From contig JBBSXO010000002.1 of NCBI GenBank assembly GCA_038045705.1, positions 1-64,000 on the forward strand: a DNA stretch of 64,000 nucleotides, given 5' to 3'. Origin of the DNA: Nanobdellota archaeon (GTDB taxonomy: Archaea; Nanobdellota; Nanobdellia; Pacearchaeales; GW2011-AR1). The translations under genes were made by a program, and so were the position numbers. Under the pieces are notes generated by a model. The model made no database searches. It was not told where the DNA came from and saw nothing but the letters and a program-made list of their open reading frames with translations. Below, piece by piece: positions 10,119 to 20,815 of the stretch. Numbering within the stretch: position 1 is the stretch's first letter; every line of letters begins with the position of its first letter.

Positions 10119-10469
10119 TTATAGGTCATCTTTAATTGAAGGTCTTAATAATGTTTCATATGCTAAAGAGATTGCTTGAAATATTATAATTGGTTCATAA
10201 GCTCTAGAATCTATTGATTGATATAACTCTCTAAAAATATAGCCTCCAACAGCTAATCCAGATATTAAAGCAACCAGATTAGATGCTTTTTCAGATCTGC
10301 TTGCTCCCATCATATCTTCAGTATTCTCACGATAATCTCTAATGTCCTCAATTAAACTCCTTATAGCAGTTGGGACAGCAAATAATATTCCTAGAAAATA
10401 AATTGTCCCTCTACCAGAATTTTCAAATATTCTTTCAGATTCTGTCTTAGTAGGGAACCTATAATCCAC
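10119..10469 (-). CDS. Hypothetical membrane protein
   Basis: 116-aa ORF (GTG start) with 2-3 hydrophobic stretches. Confidence 0.55.
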   Translation of the reverse strand: MDYRFPTKTESERIFENSGRGTIYFLGILFAVPTAIRSLIEDIRDYRENTEDMMGASRSEKASNLVALISGLAVGGYIFRELYQSIDSRAYEPIIIFQAISLAYETLLRPSIKDDL

Positions 10470-10523
10470 AACATTTTGATCAATGATAATTATTTAAATA
10501 TATCCTCTCCGAACTTTCAAGGA

Positions 10524-10943
10524 TTAGACAACTCTAATTGTTTTTCCGAAATAAGATTCCATTATAGCACTTAATTCCATGAGCCTCATTTTATTTCTTC
10601 CAATTAGTGTTGCAGCTCTTTCTCTAGAGCCAGCAGTTATAATATAAGTTCCTTCTTGGATATCAAAACCATCAAAACCAGCAGGTGAAACAACAGATTC
10701 TACAAATCTAGCGACGGAATTTGGATCATCACCAGCATCTTTTATTATCCTTATTCTTTTTCCAAGTTGTTCTGAAAGCATTTTTGCATTTTCATTTTGG
10801 TTTCCACTTGCTTTAGAAAAGAATTTTGGAGGGACAGCAAAGTAAATCATATTGTTGTAAACAAAACACTTTGTTGCACGAACACGAGCAATTCTCTCGA
10901 AGAGATTTATATATCTCATCGTCTGCATATCTATTATTGCCAT
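10524..10943 (-). CDS. nusA: Archaeal NusA-like transcription factor (KH domains)
   Basis: MRYINLFE, LIGRNKMRL; canonical position between rpoA and rps12. Confidence 0.88.
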   Translation of the reverse strand: MAIIDMQTMRYINLFERIARVRATKCFVYNNMIYFAVPPKFFSKASGNQNENAKMLSEQLGKRIRIIKDAGDDPNSVARFVESVVSPAGFDGFDIQEGTYIITAGSRERAATLIGRNKMRLMELSAIMESYFGKTIRVV

Positions 10944-10944
10944 A

Positions 10945-11020
10945 TTCAAAACTATTTTGTGTTGTATGCGCAGGCATACCAGTTTAGTTTTGAATTGCTA
11001 ATAATTTCAGTTATTTCCAT
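10945..11020 (-). promoter_or_regulatory. Conserved leader copy 2: 22-aa uORF plus 50-nt inverted repeat
   Basis: uORF MEITEIISNSKLNWYACAYNTK (11020-10952); same nested inverted repeat, ending 1 nt before the nusA ATG. Confidence 0.75.
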
Positions 11021-11069
11021 TTTAAAACAAATTTATTCACGTAGTTAGTTTATAAAACTTCTGAAATAA

Positions 11070-14000
11070 TCATTCTTTTTTAGATTTATTCTTTATCTTC
11101 TTATCAACCAGAGCACCAGTTATTTTTACAAGTAATCCAGGTAGTCCTGTACCTACAGGTATAGGTTGGTTAAGAATAATATTTTCGATAACAGAAGCTA
11201 AATCATCTTTCTTACCTTGTATCGTAGCATTTACAAATTGTTTATCAGGTGTCTCGAAAGCTGCTCTAGCAAATATACTTGATTTGTTTGAGATAATTCC
11301 CATTCTTGTAACCCCTTTAACGAGGCCAGTATTTGTCATCGCATCAGATATTAAATCCAAGTGTCTCTCATCAATATCTAAACCTTGAGAGTCAAGAACC
11401 TTTTTAATTTCAAGTAATATAGCTTCTCTAGCAGCTTCAATTCCAAGAACTTGAGCAACTTCATGAACATTGTTTGTAAAGACTTTATTTTTATCAACTC
11501 CCTTAATTTCAATTACTTCTTTAAGATTACTTCCACTAGTTAGTACAACAAAGTCTTTTCCCCTATGAGCAACAACAACTTGTGATATATCTTTAACCCC
11601 TGAAATAATTGTTTTCTTTAATTTCTCTTTCATCTTATACATCTCTTTGAATCCTAATTCAGTTGTCTTCAAAATAATTGAATTATCTTTTTGTTTAGCG
11701 TCAATTCCTTTTTCATTTAATCTTTCTGCAATCTTTTGGGCACCAACATGAACTCTCTTAAGAGCATCAGAATCTAGTTCTATCTCTATCTTTTTTCCAG
11801 AAAAGTCCATTTTAACTTCTGAAGCAATTTCTTCAAGTTTGACTTCCTTAAGTTTTTCAGCAATGCTTCTTGCATCTTTTTCATTATTGAAATCTTTATC
11901 AAGATAAATCTCCATTGCAGGAGTAGAAGGTTCTTTTCTAGCATCAAATATTTCAATTAATCTAGGAAGACCTAAAGTAACCTGCACTTCAGCAACTCCA
12001 GCAGAGTGGAATACGTTCAAAACCATCTGCGTTGAAGATTCTCCAAATGATTGTGATGTTGTAACTCCAACAGATTCTCCAGCTTGTATTTTTTTACCAG
12101 TATGTAATTCAGAAACATCTCTACCATCTCCACCATATAAAAATTGAACAATATTCTGTGAAGCATCTCTAACAGTTCCATCATATTCCACTTTCAAATC
12201 TTGAAGAGCACTTACAAGTCTTCTATACAAGTAACCAGATTTAGGGGTTCTCAAAGCTGTATCCATTAATCCATCTCTTCCAGTAATTGCTCCAAAGAAA
12301 AATTCAGTCGGTTTCAATCCTTCAAAGAATGAAGATTTAATGAATCCCTTAGCCTCTGAACCAACATCTCCTTTCTTGAAGTGAGAAGTTGTTCTCCCTG
12401 CATACCCAAAACTAATACGTTTATTCCACAAGATCTGCTGTCCAACACAACATCCAATTTGTGTAACATTAGTTGCACTACCCTTAGCTCCAGAAAGAAT
12501 CATTTTACTTATGCTACTTTCACGAGAAATATTTTCCTTTACAATCTTACTTGCAGAAGATAGAACTTCGTTCAAAGCTTGAGAAATCTTAATTTCTTTA
12601 GTTTCATCAATAGTTTTACCGGGAAGCAATTCCAAGTCTCCAGATCTTGCATCTTCAGCAATCTTATTAGTTTTCTTTACAGTTTCTTCGATAATATTAT
12701 CTGTAAGTTCCTTAACTTTACCAGATACATCTAAATCACGTAAACCTATAGAGAAACCTCTTCTAGTCAAATATGAAACTCCAAGTGCAGATGCTCTTTG
12801 AATTGTATCAAATGTAGCATCTCGCCCATGCACTTTATCAATTTGTTTTACCATAGAACCATCTTCAAGTCCTAACGTTGATTCACTTGTGATATCTTTA
12901 GGTACAGTAAGCTCATTGCCCTTAGGAAGAATACCACCAAAGACATCTATCCCACTAATATTTTTTTGTTTAACATTAAATATCACTCCAGCACTAAACA
13001 GCAACTGTTCAGCGTCAGATTTTTCAAAATTATCCTTTCCTAAAACATAATTTCCAGTAAGAGAATCAAGAGTAAGTCCAATCAAGTTCGAATTGTTTTT
13101 CGTAGACATTATATTATGTTTAATATTAAGCAAAGTTTCAGCCTCAGATCTAGCTTCTTCAGTTTGTGGAGAGTGTATGTTAACTTCATCTCCATCAAAG
13201 TCAGCGTTATATGGAAATACAACTGCAGGATGCAATCTAAATGTCTTATAAGGCAAAACTCTAACATAATGAGCCATTAAGCTCTGCTTATGAAGTGAAG
13301 GATGTCTGTTAAACAGTACAATATCCCCATCAACCAAATGTCTTTCAACTTTATATCCAGGGACAAGTTCAGTGCAAATTTCTTCTTTTAATTCCTCTGT
13401 GATTCTCTTTTTCTTCCCGTCAGGTCTTATAACATAATTGGCTCCCGGGTGTTGATCTCCCTTTCTCACAAGTGCCCTCATATATTCTAAGTTTGTACTT
13501 GTAACCCCCTCAGCAACAGTGATTATTTTAGCAACTTCAAAAGGAACTCCAACTTCATCAAGAGCCAAATAAGGATCAGGTGAAACTACAGTTCTTGCAG
13601 AGAAGTTAACTCTTTTACCAGCTAAGTTCTTCCTAATTCTTCCTTCTTTACCTTTAATCCTTTCAGTTATTGTCTTCAAAGGCTGTCCAGACCTATGCCT
13701 TGCTGGAGGAATCTTAGAAATATTATTATCAAAGAATGTTGTAACATGGTATTGTAATAAGTCCCAAAGGTCTTCAATAATTACTTCAGGAGCTCCAGCA
13801 TTCAAATTTTCCCACAATCTCTGATTTGCTCTTATAATATCTGAAATCTTGTGAGTCAAGTCATCTTCACTTCTTTCTCCTGTGTCAAGAGTAATAGAAG
13901 GTCTCATTGTAACACTAGGTACAAGCAACTGTGAAAGAATTGCCCACTCAGGTCTAAATGTTTTAGGATTAACTCCAATCTTTTTTATTTCTTCATCCTT

Positions 14001-14513
14001 AATCTTAACAAGCATCTCTCTTATTTCGTTAGGGAATAATCTTTTTTTTCCAGTATAGAAAGAAGTTGGTTTCTCTAATTTTATTTTTTCAGCATCAACG
14101 TTACAGAAAGGACACTTTTTCTTATCTCTAGCCTTCTTAGCTCTTTCGATAGGTGTGTATTTCTTCTGTTTATCTTCTTCCAAAGTTAATTTTCCGCAAG
14201 AGTGACAGAAACTTCTCAAGAATAACTCAATCAAAGGAATATATTTAATATGCACAATAGGTCTAGCCAATTCAACACTACCGGGATGTCCAAGACATTC
14301 CTTAAGACGACCACCACAAGTTCTACATCTTACCCCAGGGTCAACAGCTCCAAGACGTAGATCCATAAGACCCCCATCTACAGGGAATCCATCAATATCA
14401 TAAAGTTCAGGTGTTACAATTTTAGCAGTACTTAACTTCTTAATTTGTTCTGGATTGACTAAACTAAATCTAAGTGATTTTACTTGCTTCTTTATTATTT
14501 CAGGGTTTGCCAT
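11070..14513 (-). CDS. rpoA: RNA polymerase subunit A (A' and A'' fused)
   Basis: CRTC/CLGH Zn site, catalytic YNADFDGDE, then A''-type TQMVLNVFHSAG and TLGLPRLIE in one frame. Confidence 0.97.
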   Translation of the reverse strand: MANPEIIKKQVKSLRFSLVNPEQIKKLSTAKIVTPELYDIDGFPVDGGLMDLRLGAVDPGVRCRTCGGRLKECLGHPGSVELARPIVHIKYIPLIELFLRSFCHSCGKLTLEEDKQKKYTPIERAKKARDKKKCPFCNVDAEKIKLEKPTSFYTGKKRLFPNEIREMLVKIKDEEIKKIGVNPKTFRPEWAILSQLLVPSVTMRPSITLDTGERSEDDLTHKISDIIRANQRLWENLNAGAPEVIIEDLWDLLQYHVTTFFDNNISKIPPARHRSGQPLKTITERIKGKEGRIRKNLAGKRVNFSARTVVSPDPYLALDEVGVPFEVAKIITVAEGVTSTNLEYMRALVRKGDQHPGANYVIRPDGKKKRITEELKEEICTELVPGYKVERHLVDGDIVLFNRHPSLHKQSLMAHYVRVLPYKTFRLHPAVVFPYNADFDGDEVNIHSPQTEEARSEAETLLNIKHNIMSTKNNSNLIGLTLDSLTGNYVLGKDNFEKSDAEQLLFSAGVIFNVKQKNISGIDVFGGILPKGNELTVPKDITSESTLGLEDGSMVKQIDKVHGRDATFDTIQRASALGVSYLTRRGFSIGLRDLDVSGKVKELTDNIIEETVKKTNKIAEDARSGDLELLPGKTIDETKEIKISQALNEVLSSASKIVKENISRESSISKMILSGAKGSATNVTQIGCCVGQQILWNKRISFGYAGRTTSHFKKGDVGSEAKGFIKSSFFEGLKPTEFFFGAITGRDGLMDTALRTPKSGYLYRRLVSALQDLKVEYDGTVRDASQNIVQFLYGGDGRDVSELHTGKKIQAGESVGVTTSQSFGESSTQMVLNVFHSAGVAEVQVTLGLPRLIEIFDARKEPSTPAMEIYLDKDFNNEKDARSIAEKLKEVKLEEIASEVKMDFSGKKIEIELDSDALKRVHVGAQKIAERLNEKGIDAKQKDNSIILKTTELGFKEMYKMKEKLKKTIISGVKDISQVVVAHRGKDFVVLTSGSNLKEVIEIKGVDKNKVFTNNVHEVAQVLGIEAAREAILLEIKKVLDSQGLDIDERHLDLISDAMTNTGLVKGVTRMGIISNKSSIFARAAFETPDKQFVNATIQGKKDDLASVIENIILNQPIPVGTGLPGLLVKITGALVDKKIKNKSKKE

Positions 14514-14514
14514 T

Positions 14515-17500
14515 TTATTGTTCGTATTTGTTTTTTAGTTCAAATGAAGTTAATATATGTAATCCTAGTAATTCTTCAACTAGAAGTTTGAAAGCGTAAG
14601 CAACTTCAATAGGTTCAATGTCATTTCCTCCACAGATAGGACAGTAAGTCTTGTTTCTAATTCCATCCTTAACCCCAATATTTCCACAAGATGAACAAAT
14701 GTAAATGGTAGTTTTATCAGAATCATATCTTTCTTTCAATAACAATGAAGCTCCATGCGCAACCAGTGCTTGTTGTTCCATTTCTCCAAGTCTTAATGCT
14801 CCACCTCTAGCTCTTCCTTCAACTGGCTGACGAGTCAACAATGTAACTTTACCAGAAGCACGAGCCTGTAATTTGTTTTTTACCATATGAACAAGTTTTA
14901 AGTAATACATATTACCAACATAAATTCTTGCATCCATTTTTCTTCCTGTAACTCCATCATACATTTCTTCTTTTCCATCAAAACTAAAGCCCATATGTGT
15001 CAATTGTTTTTCCAAATCTTCAACCTTAGCACCTGTGAAAGGCGTGCCATCAATGAATCTTCCAGTAATTGCTCCAACTTTTCCAGCAAGAACTTCAATC
15101 ATATACCCAACAGTCATTCTAGAAGGAATACCATGAGGATTGAAAATTAAGTCAGGTTTAACTCCCTTTGATGTGAATGGGATATCTTTCGGATCAGCCA
15201 ATAAACCAACTACACCTTTCTGTCCATGAGGTGTAGAAAATTTGTCTCCCGGTTCAGGTAGTCTATGATCTCTTATTCTTACTCTCGCAATTTTATTTCC
15301 TTCACTATCAGTTGTTATAAATACGCTGTCAACAATTCCTGATTCTCCTTGTTTAATCGCAACACTCCCTTCTTTCTTTGATTGTATACTTAAGTTCCTT
15401 GCTTCAGAAAGGAATTTAGGAGGCGTAGTTCTACCAATAATAACTTCAGATGCAGACAATTGAGCTTCAGGGTAAACAATTCCATCATCTTCAAGCAATC
15501 TGTAAGATGTTTCTGTCCTATATCCAGAAACGTCCTTATCAGGAATAGTAATTTCATCTTTTAACCCACCAGCATAATTGAATTCAATAGATTCATATGG
15601 TTTGAAATAAGTACTTCTACCCATCCCTCTTTCAACACTTGCTCTATTCAATATTGTAGCGTCTTCTAAGTTATATCCTTCATAAGGCATAACTGCAACA
15701 ACGATGTTTTGACCAGCAGGATAAAGCTTCAAAGTGTCAAAAACGAAACTCTTTACAAGAGGATTTTGTGGATAATGTAATATAGAAGAATTAGTATCCA
15801 TTCTAACTAAATAGTTAGCAGCATAAATTCCAAGGCTTTGACGTAAAGTTTTACTCCCTCTTAACAAACGTGAAGCCTGGTCATGATTTGCGAAAGGTAC
15901 AAGTGAAGTTACTAAACCAAATATAGCTACAGGGTCAATCTCCAAATGAGTATGTTTATCAGTTACACCTTCAAGTGTCTGAGCAACAAATGCATCTTCT
16001 TCTTCAGCAGCATCAATGTATTCTAAAACTCCCTCTTTCAATAACTCGCGCCAATTTAGCGAGCCTTGTTCAAGCAAAACTAAATGTTCATCTTTAAGCC
16101 TACTAGCGCCATGTTCGACGACTATCAAAGGTCTTAAAACTCTTCCAACTTCAGTAGAAATTATGACTGTCTTTGCTGGACTATCACTAGTGATACTTAA
16201 TTCAATAGGGAAATGTCCCTTTCTTCTTTCCTTTCTAACTGCATTTACAAATAATTCTACATCCTTAGACATTCCAATATATTTACCATTAAAGAATACA
16301 TCTTTACCATCTTCTTCATTCAATCCAAGAGATTGTATTTGTTTAACAAGATTTTTTTCATCAATATCAACAGCATTAGAAATCTTAGATAATATAGCAA
16401 GATTTTTTCTCAAACCAATTTCAGTTCCTTCTGGTGTCTCAGTAGGACAGAATCTTCCATAGTGAGTAGGATGCAGTGTTCTTGCTAAAAAGTTCTCTTG
16501 CTCATCAGGTAACATTGAAGAAACTCTTTGAAGAGAAGATAACATGTCAAGATAATTGTTCTTAGACATATTCTGAGTAACACCACTTCTCTCTCCAATC
16601 CAAGCACCTGTAGCAATAGCACTTTCAACTCTGTGTGTAAATAATGTAGACTTAGCAACAGTTTTTACTGAATAGAATTTCTTTCTTTTTGCAACTTTTT
16701 GTAATGTATACTGAATATCCTTCACAAGTATATTCATATTAACTCTAAACAAATCAGCAAGTAAGTCTCCAGAAAGCTTTATCCTCTTATTAGCATAATG
16801 GTCTTTGTCTGTTCTAAGATTATCATCTTGTTTTGCCTGTAAAAACTGCTTAAGCATCTTGCACAAGTTAATTGCCTTTTCAATCCTGTATTCTTTTGTT
16901 AAACCAATATGGGGTATAAAGTAAGAATCAACTCTTTGTTTTACTCTATCAAGGATCTCTTTTTCAGTTCCTTGTATTCCCGAAAGTTCAGCAACTATCA
17001 TAAAGGCATCTTTAGACTGTTGTATCTTAGCATATTCATATAAATTAACAATAACTGAATCATCTTGTCTACCAATATACTTAGCAATTTCAGCTTCAGT
17101 TAATACACCTAGTGCTTTAATCATGACAATAGCTGGGATATTCTTCAATCTTGAGAATGTAACCTCAAGAATTCCCTCTGCAGTTTCAGAAATTGTTGTG
17201 GGTATTCTATAAGGTCCCCTTTGAGAAAACATACGCAATGTTAATCCGCGTCTTCCCTCTTCAATAAATGGCTGATTAGGTGCAAGATCCTCTGCCATAA
17301 CAATTACTCTTTCATTTCCATTAACTATAAAATATCCTCCAGGGTCAAGAGGATCCATTAAAGATTCTCTTAATTCATCTTTAGACATACCATGGGTATT
17401 ACATGTATCACTCTTTACAATAACTGGTATTCTTCCAATTTCAACTTCAGCACTGTCAGAATTATCTCCAAAATTAACCGTAATTTCAACATAAATAGGC

Positions 17501-17766
17501 GCAGAATATGTAATTCTTCTTAACCTCGCTTCGGTTGGTGTTATCAACGAAATACTACCATCAGATTCAGTTACATTTGGTTTTCCAATTCTTATCTTTC
17601 CAAATTTTATCTTAACTTCCTCTTGAGGGATGGTATCATTTAATTCATAAACTATCTGTTGCATTCTCCTTGAAACAAAATCATTAAAGCTTCTTATACT
17701 TGATTCCACTAACGAATGCTGTTGCAAATATTTCTTAATCAAAATATGCTTATCAGTTACGGTCAT
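14515..17766 (-). CDS. rpoB: RNA polymerase subunit B (unsplit)
   Basis: GYFIVNGNERV, GDKFSTPHGQKG, LRLGEME, C-terminal Zn ribbon. Confidence 0.97.
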   Translation of the reverse strand: MTVTDKHILIKKYLQQHSLVESSIRSFNDFVSRRMQQIVYELNDTIPQEEVKIKFGKIRIGKPNVTESDGSISLITPTEARLRRITYSAPIYVEITVNFGDNSDSAEVEIGRIPVIVKSDTCNTHGMSKDELRESLMDPLDPGGYFIVNGNERVIVMAEDLAPNQPFIEEGRRGLTLRMFSQRGPYRIPTTISETAEGILEVTFSRLKNIPAIVMIKALGVLTEAEIAKYIGRQDDSVIVNLYEYAKIQQSKDAFMIVAELSGIQGTEKEILDRVKQRVDSYFIPHIGLTKEYRIEKAINLCKMLKQFLQAKQDDNLRTDKDHYANKRIKLSGDLLADLFRVNMNILVKDIQYTLQKVAKRKKFYSVKTVAKSTLFTHRVESAIATGAWIGERSGVTQNMSKNNYLDMLSSLQRVSSMLPDEQENFLARTLHPTHYGRFCPTETPEGTEIGLRKNLAILSKISNAVDIDEKNLVKQIQSLGLNEEDGKDVFFNGKYIGMSKDVELFVNAVRKERRKGHFPIELSITSDSPAKTVIISTEVGRVLRPLIVVEHGASRLKDEHLVLLEQGSLNWRELLKEGVLEYIDAAEEEDAFVAQTLEGVTDKHTHLEIDPVAIFGLVTSLVPFANHDQASRLLRGSKTLRQSLGIYAANYLVRMDTNSSILHYPQNPLVKSFVFDTLKLYPAGQNIVVAVMPYEGYNLEDATILNRASVERGMGRSTYFKPYESIEFNYAGGLKDEITIPDKDVSGYRTETSYRLLEDDGIVYPEAQLSASEVIIGRTTPPKFLSEARNLSIQSKKEGSVAIKQGESGIVDSVFITTDSEGNKIARVRIRDHRLPEPGDKFSTPHGQKGVVGLLADPKDIPFTSKGVKPDLIFNPHGIPSRMTVGYMIEVLAGKVGAITGRFIDGTPFTGAKVEDLEKQLTHMGFSFDGKEEMYDGVTGRKMDARIYVGNMYYLKLVHMVKNKLQARASGKVTLLTRQPVEGRARGGALRLGEMEQQALVAHGASLLLKERYDSDKTTIYICSSCGNIGVKDGIRNKTYCPICGGNDIEPIEVAYAFKLLVEELLGLHILTSFELKNKYEQ

Positions 17767-17969
17767 GCCACTACCCTAAAATAAACATTTATTTTATCTC
17801 TAAACTTTCTTTCAATTTGAATAATATCTCCAGCAACGCAGTCTTGAGGCAATGCAAGATCATCAGATTTAATTCTTGGTAATTGTGATACAGAAATGTT
17901 ATACTTCTCTAGAAGTTTCTTAACCTCGTCGGATTTTAGCTTTGAATGTTTTGGTTGAAGGGCGTGCAT
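17763..17969 (-). CDS. rpoH: RNA polymerase subunit H (Rpo5)
   Basis: HALQPKH...QLPRIKSDD...GDIIQIER...YFRVV. Confidence 0.93.
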   Translation of the reverse strand: MHALQPKHSKLKSDEVKKLLEKYNISVSQLPRIKSDDLALPQDCVAGDIIQIERKFRDKINVYFRVVA

Positions 17970-18148
17970 TTTTAGTCGCAAAAGCCACACATAAGTGATG
18001 ACCTTGAAGATAAAGACAATTGTAAAAAGTGGTTTTTAAATCTTCCTATTTATCGAGATTAATAGTCTACAAACTAAATAATTATAAAATTAGTGAAAAA
18101 TATCTAAAATAACAACAGTTAAATATGGATTTTTCAGATCTTTAATGT

Positions 18149-18223
18149 GGCCTCGTAGCTCAGCCTGGTCAGAGTACCGCGCTCTTAACGCGGGTGTCGT
18201 GGGTTCAAATCCCATCGGGGCCA
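18149..18223 (+). tRNA. tRNA-Lys(CTT)
   Basis: Acceptor GGCCTCG/CGGGGCC, anticodon stem CCGCG/CGCGG with loop CT-CTT-AA, T-loop TTCAAAT. Confidence 0.95.
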
Positions 18224-18256
18224 TAATTTTTAAACAAGTTTTATGTTATTTTTTAT

Positions 18257-18703
18257 ATGATAACATTTTCACATTCTCTAGAAGACCTAAAAGAAATAAC
18301 TAGACAAAGTCTGAGGGATAAATTTCCTTTATTCGAAGAAAGTCATAAAGTAGATGCAAGCCGATTATCTTCAAATAATTTATGGATAGGATATAGAACT
18401 AAATGGGGTAGTGCAATAGAAGTAATGGAAAATACTCATTTTGATCTAAATATAACTGCTGGAATATTTTATGGAGTAAGTTTATTTCTTGATCAAATCC
18501 AAAGAGGTAATGGCCTAGGTTGGAGATTATATGAGACAACTCACGAAGTAGCTAAAAAACTTGGATTTGAGTTTATTAGAAGAAGTCCTTCAGGGGGATT
18601 TCATAGGAGTGGCAAATTGATAGAATCAAGAAGAGATTATTTGTTAAGAAGGGGTTACATTCCAGCAGGAGAAAATCAACTAGATTTTAGATTAATTACT
18701 TAA
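18257..18703 (+). CDS. GNAT-like acetyltransferase
   Basis: Motif A-like QRGNGLGWRLY...AKKLGF. Confidence 0.6.
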   Translation: MITFSHSLEDLKEITRQSLRDKFPLFEESHKVDASRLSSNNLWIGYRTKWGSAIEVMENTHFDLNITAGIFYGVSLFLDQIQRGNGLGWRLYETTHEVAKKLGFEFIRRSPSGGFHRSGKLIESRRDYLLRRGYIPAGENQLDFRLIT

Positions 18704-19013
18704 TCTTTTCAGCCATCTTTACAATATCATTCTCGCTAAGAGCACCAACTCTCATATCAACAGCTTGTCCATTCTTGAAAGCAATAGTGCTCGGAATACT
18801 CATCACTCCGTAACGAATTGCAATGTCTTGAGCTCCATCAACATTAAGCTTTGCAAACTTAACTGAAGACACCTTAGTAGAGGCTTTCTCAAAAGCAGGA
18901 GCCATTATTTTACAGGGCCCACACCAATCCGCATAAAAGTCAACAATAGTTGAACCTTTAGAAATAACCGCATCAAAATTTTTAGAGTCTAAAACTTCAA
19001 TATTTCCAGCCAT
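18696..19013 (-). CDS. trxA: Thioredoxin
   Basis: DFYADWCGPCK, VMSIPS. Confidence 0.96.
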   Translation of the reverse strand: MAGNIEVLDSKNFDAVISKGSTIVDFYADWCGPCKIMAPAFEKASTKVSSVKFAKLNVDGAQDIAIRYGVMSIPSTIAFKNGQAVDMRVGALSENDIVKMAEKIK

Positions 19014-19045
19014 GTTATTTTTTCAGAGAGTATTGTTAATAAAGA

Positions 19046-19285
19046 TTATGGTGTGTTTTTAACAAAAACATTTTCGTTTGGATTAACACATATCCCAGGA
19101 TAAACTTGTATTATTGAACGTCCTGAAACAACACAATCATCAAAGTTACCAATAACATTTTCACCATCGTTGTTACTTCTATTATCAAAGTATTTCCCAA
19201 CTTCATAACAAGCGAAAGCTCCAGCTGAATAAACAACAAGCATAATTATTGCAAGTCCAATTATTTTTATCATGTCAGCAAGCAA
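19046..19285 (-). CDS. Small membrane-anchored protein
   Basis: N-terminal TM segment; FDDCV..G..I..YPGIC motif. Confidence 0.55.
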   Translation of the reverse strand: MLADMIKIIGLAIIMLVVYSAGAFACYEVGKYFDNRSNNDGENVIGNFDDCVVSGRSIIQVYPGICVNPNENVFVKNTP

Positions 19286-19465
19286 TATTTTTAGTATATA
19301 AAAGAATTCTAGACTTCAAAGCTATTTGAAGCATTAAATGACTTTATTCATTTTTATATTTTGTAATAACAAAATCCTATAATCCCAACGTTTATATAGG
19401 CATTTTTGACAAATATTATAATACTAGTCACAGATAACTTCTTTATCTTTTATTAGCAATTAACA

Positions 19466-20773
19466 ATGGAAAAATTTAAGCAATTAAATCTAAGCGAAGA
19501 TTTACTCGAAGCAATCCGCAGAGAAGGATTTGAAACTCCTAGTGAGATACAGGAAAAAACAATCCCTTTAGTACTAGCTGGAAAAGATGTCATTGGTTCT
19601 TCAGCAACTGGTTCAGGTAAAACTTTGGCTTTCGGAGCAGGTATTATAGATAAAGTTACAGCAGGACAAGGAATACAAGCATTAATTCTAACACCTACAA
19701 GAGAGTTAGCAGAACAAGTTGGAAAAACAATCTATAAATTTTCCCATAGAAAAGGAATTAGAGTATCTCAAATATATGGTGGGGTATCAATGGATCCTCA
19801 AGTGAGAGCAATTAGAAATTCAGACATTGTCGTGGGAACACCTGGAAGATTGCTAGATCATTTAGAAAGAAGAACTCTAAATCTTTCAAGAATTAAATTT
19901 TTAGTTTTAGATGAAGCAGATAGAATGTTAGATATGGGTTTTATTAGAGATGTTGAAAAAATAATAAAATCATGTCCTGCAAATAAACAAACACTATTAT
20001 TCACAGCAACACTTTCTCAAGATATCGAATATATGGCTAGAAAGTACATGAATAATCCAATACATATTGAAGCAGGAGAAAGAGTAGACCCTTCTAAATT
20101 ATACCAAGTATATTATGATGTCAACCATGAACAAAAGTTTTCTCTTCTTGCTCATTTATTAAAACAAGAAAAGAACGGAGTAGTAATGGTATTTTGTAAT
20201 ACTAGAAGGAACACAGACAAATTAACAAGAAACCTGTCAATACATGGAATACATGCAGAATCCATTCATGGAGGACACTCGCAAAATAGAAGGTCAAATA
20301 CATTACAAGCATTTCATGAAAGAGGAATCTTAATACTTGTTTGTACAGACGTGGCTGCAAGAGGTCTGGATATTAAAGATGTTTCTCATGTATACAACTA
20401 TGATATTCCAAAAACAGGATCAGAATATGTTCACAGAATAGGAAGAACAGCAAGAGCTGGAAAAAATGGAATTGCAGTTAGTTTTGTTTCAAGCGGAGAC
20501 CATTCAGAATTTAGACAGATAATGAGACAAGTGGATTCTGCGATAGAAAAACAGTCAATTCCAAAATTTGAAATTTTACAGACGCAATCAAAAACACAAG
20601 ATAGAGGTCACAACATAACTCATGGAAATAGAGAGAGCCGTTTTGGATCGCACAGAAAATTTGGAGGAAACTTCAGAGGGAGTAGAAATGACAGAGATAA
20701 CAGAAGTAGAGGAGACGAAAATCAAAATAATAGATATAATAAACAAAATGGGAGAAGATTTGGCAGGCGTTAG
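19466..20773 (+). CDS. DEAD-box RNA helicase
   Basis: ATGSGKT, PTRELA, DEAD, HRIGRTARAG, RG-rich tail. Confidence 0.96.
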   Translation: MEKFKQLNLSEDLLEAIRREGFETPSEIQEKTIPLVLAGKDVIGSSATGSGKTLAFGAGIIDKVTAGQGIQALILTPTRELAEQVGKTIYKFSHRKGIRVSQIYGGVSMDPQVRAIRNSDIVVGTPGRLLDHLERRTLNLSRIKFLVLDEADRMLDMGFIRDVEKIIKSCPANKQTLLFTATLSQDIEYMARKYMNNPIHIEAGERVDPSKLYQVYYDVNHEQKFSLLAHLLKQEKNGVVMVFCNTRRNTDKLTRNLSIHGIHAESIHGGHSQNRRSNTLQAFHERGILILVCTDVAARGLDIKDVSHVYNYDIPKTGSEYVHRIGRTARAGKNGIAVSFVSSGDHSEFRQIMRQVDSAIEKQSIPKFEILQTQSKTQDRGHNITHGNRESRFGSHRKFGGNFRGSRNDRDNRSRGDENQNNRYNKQNGRRFGRR

Positions 20774-20815
20774 CAAATAGCGAATATTTAAATACCCACA
20801 AATAAAAACATTAAT

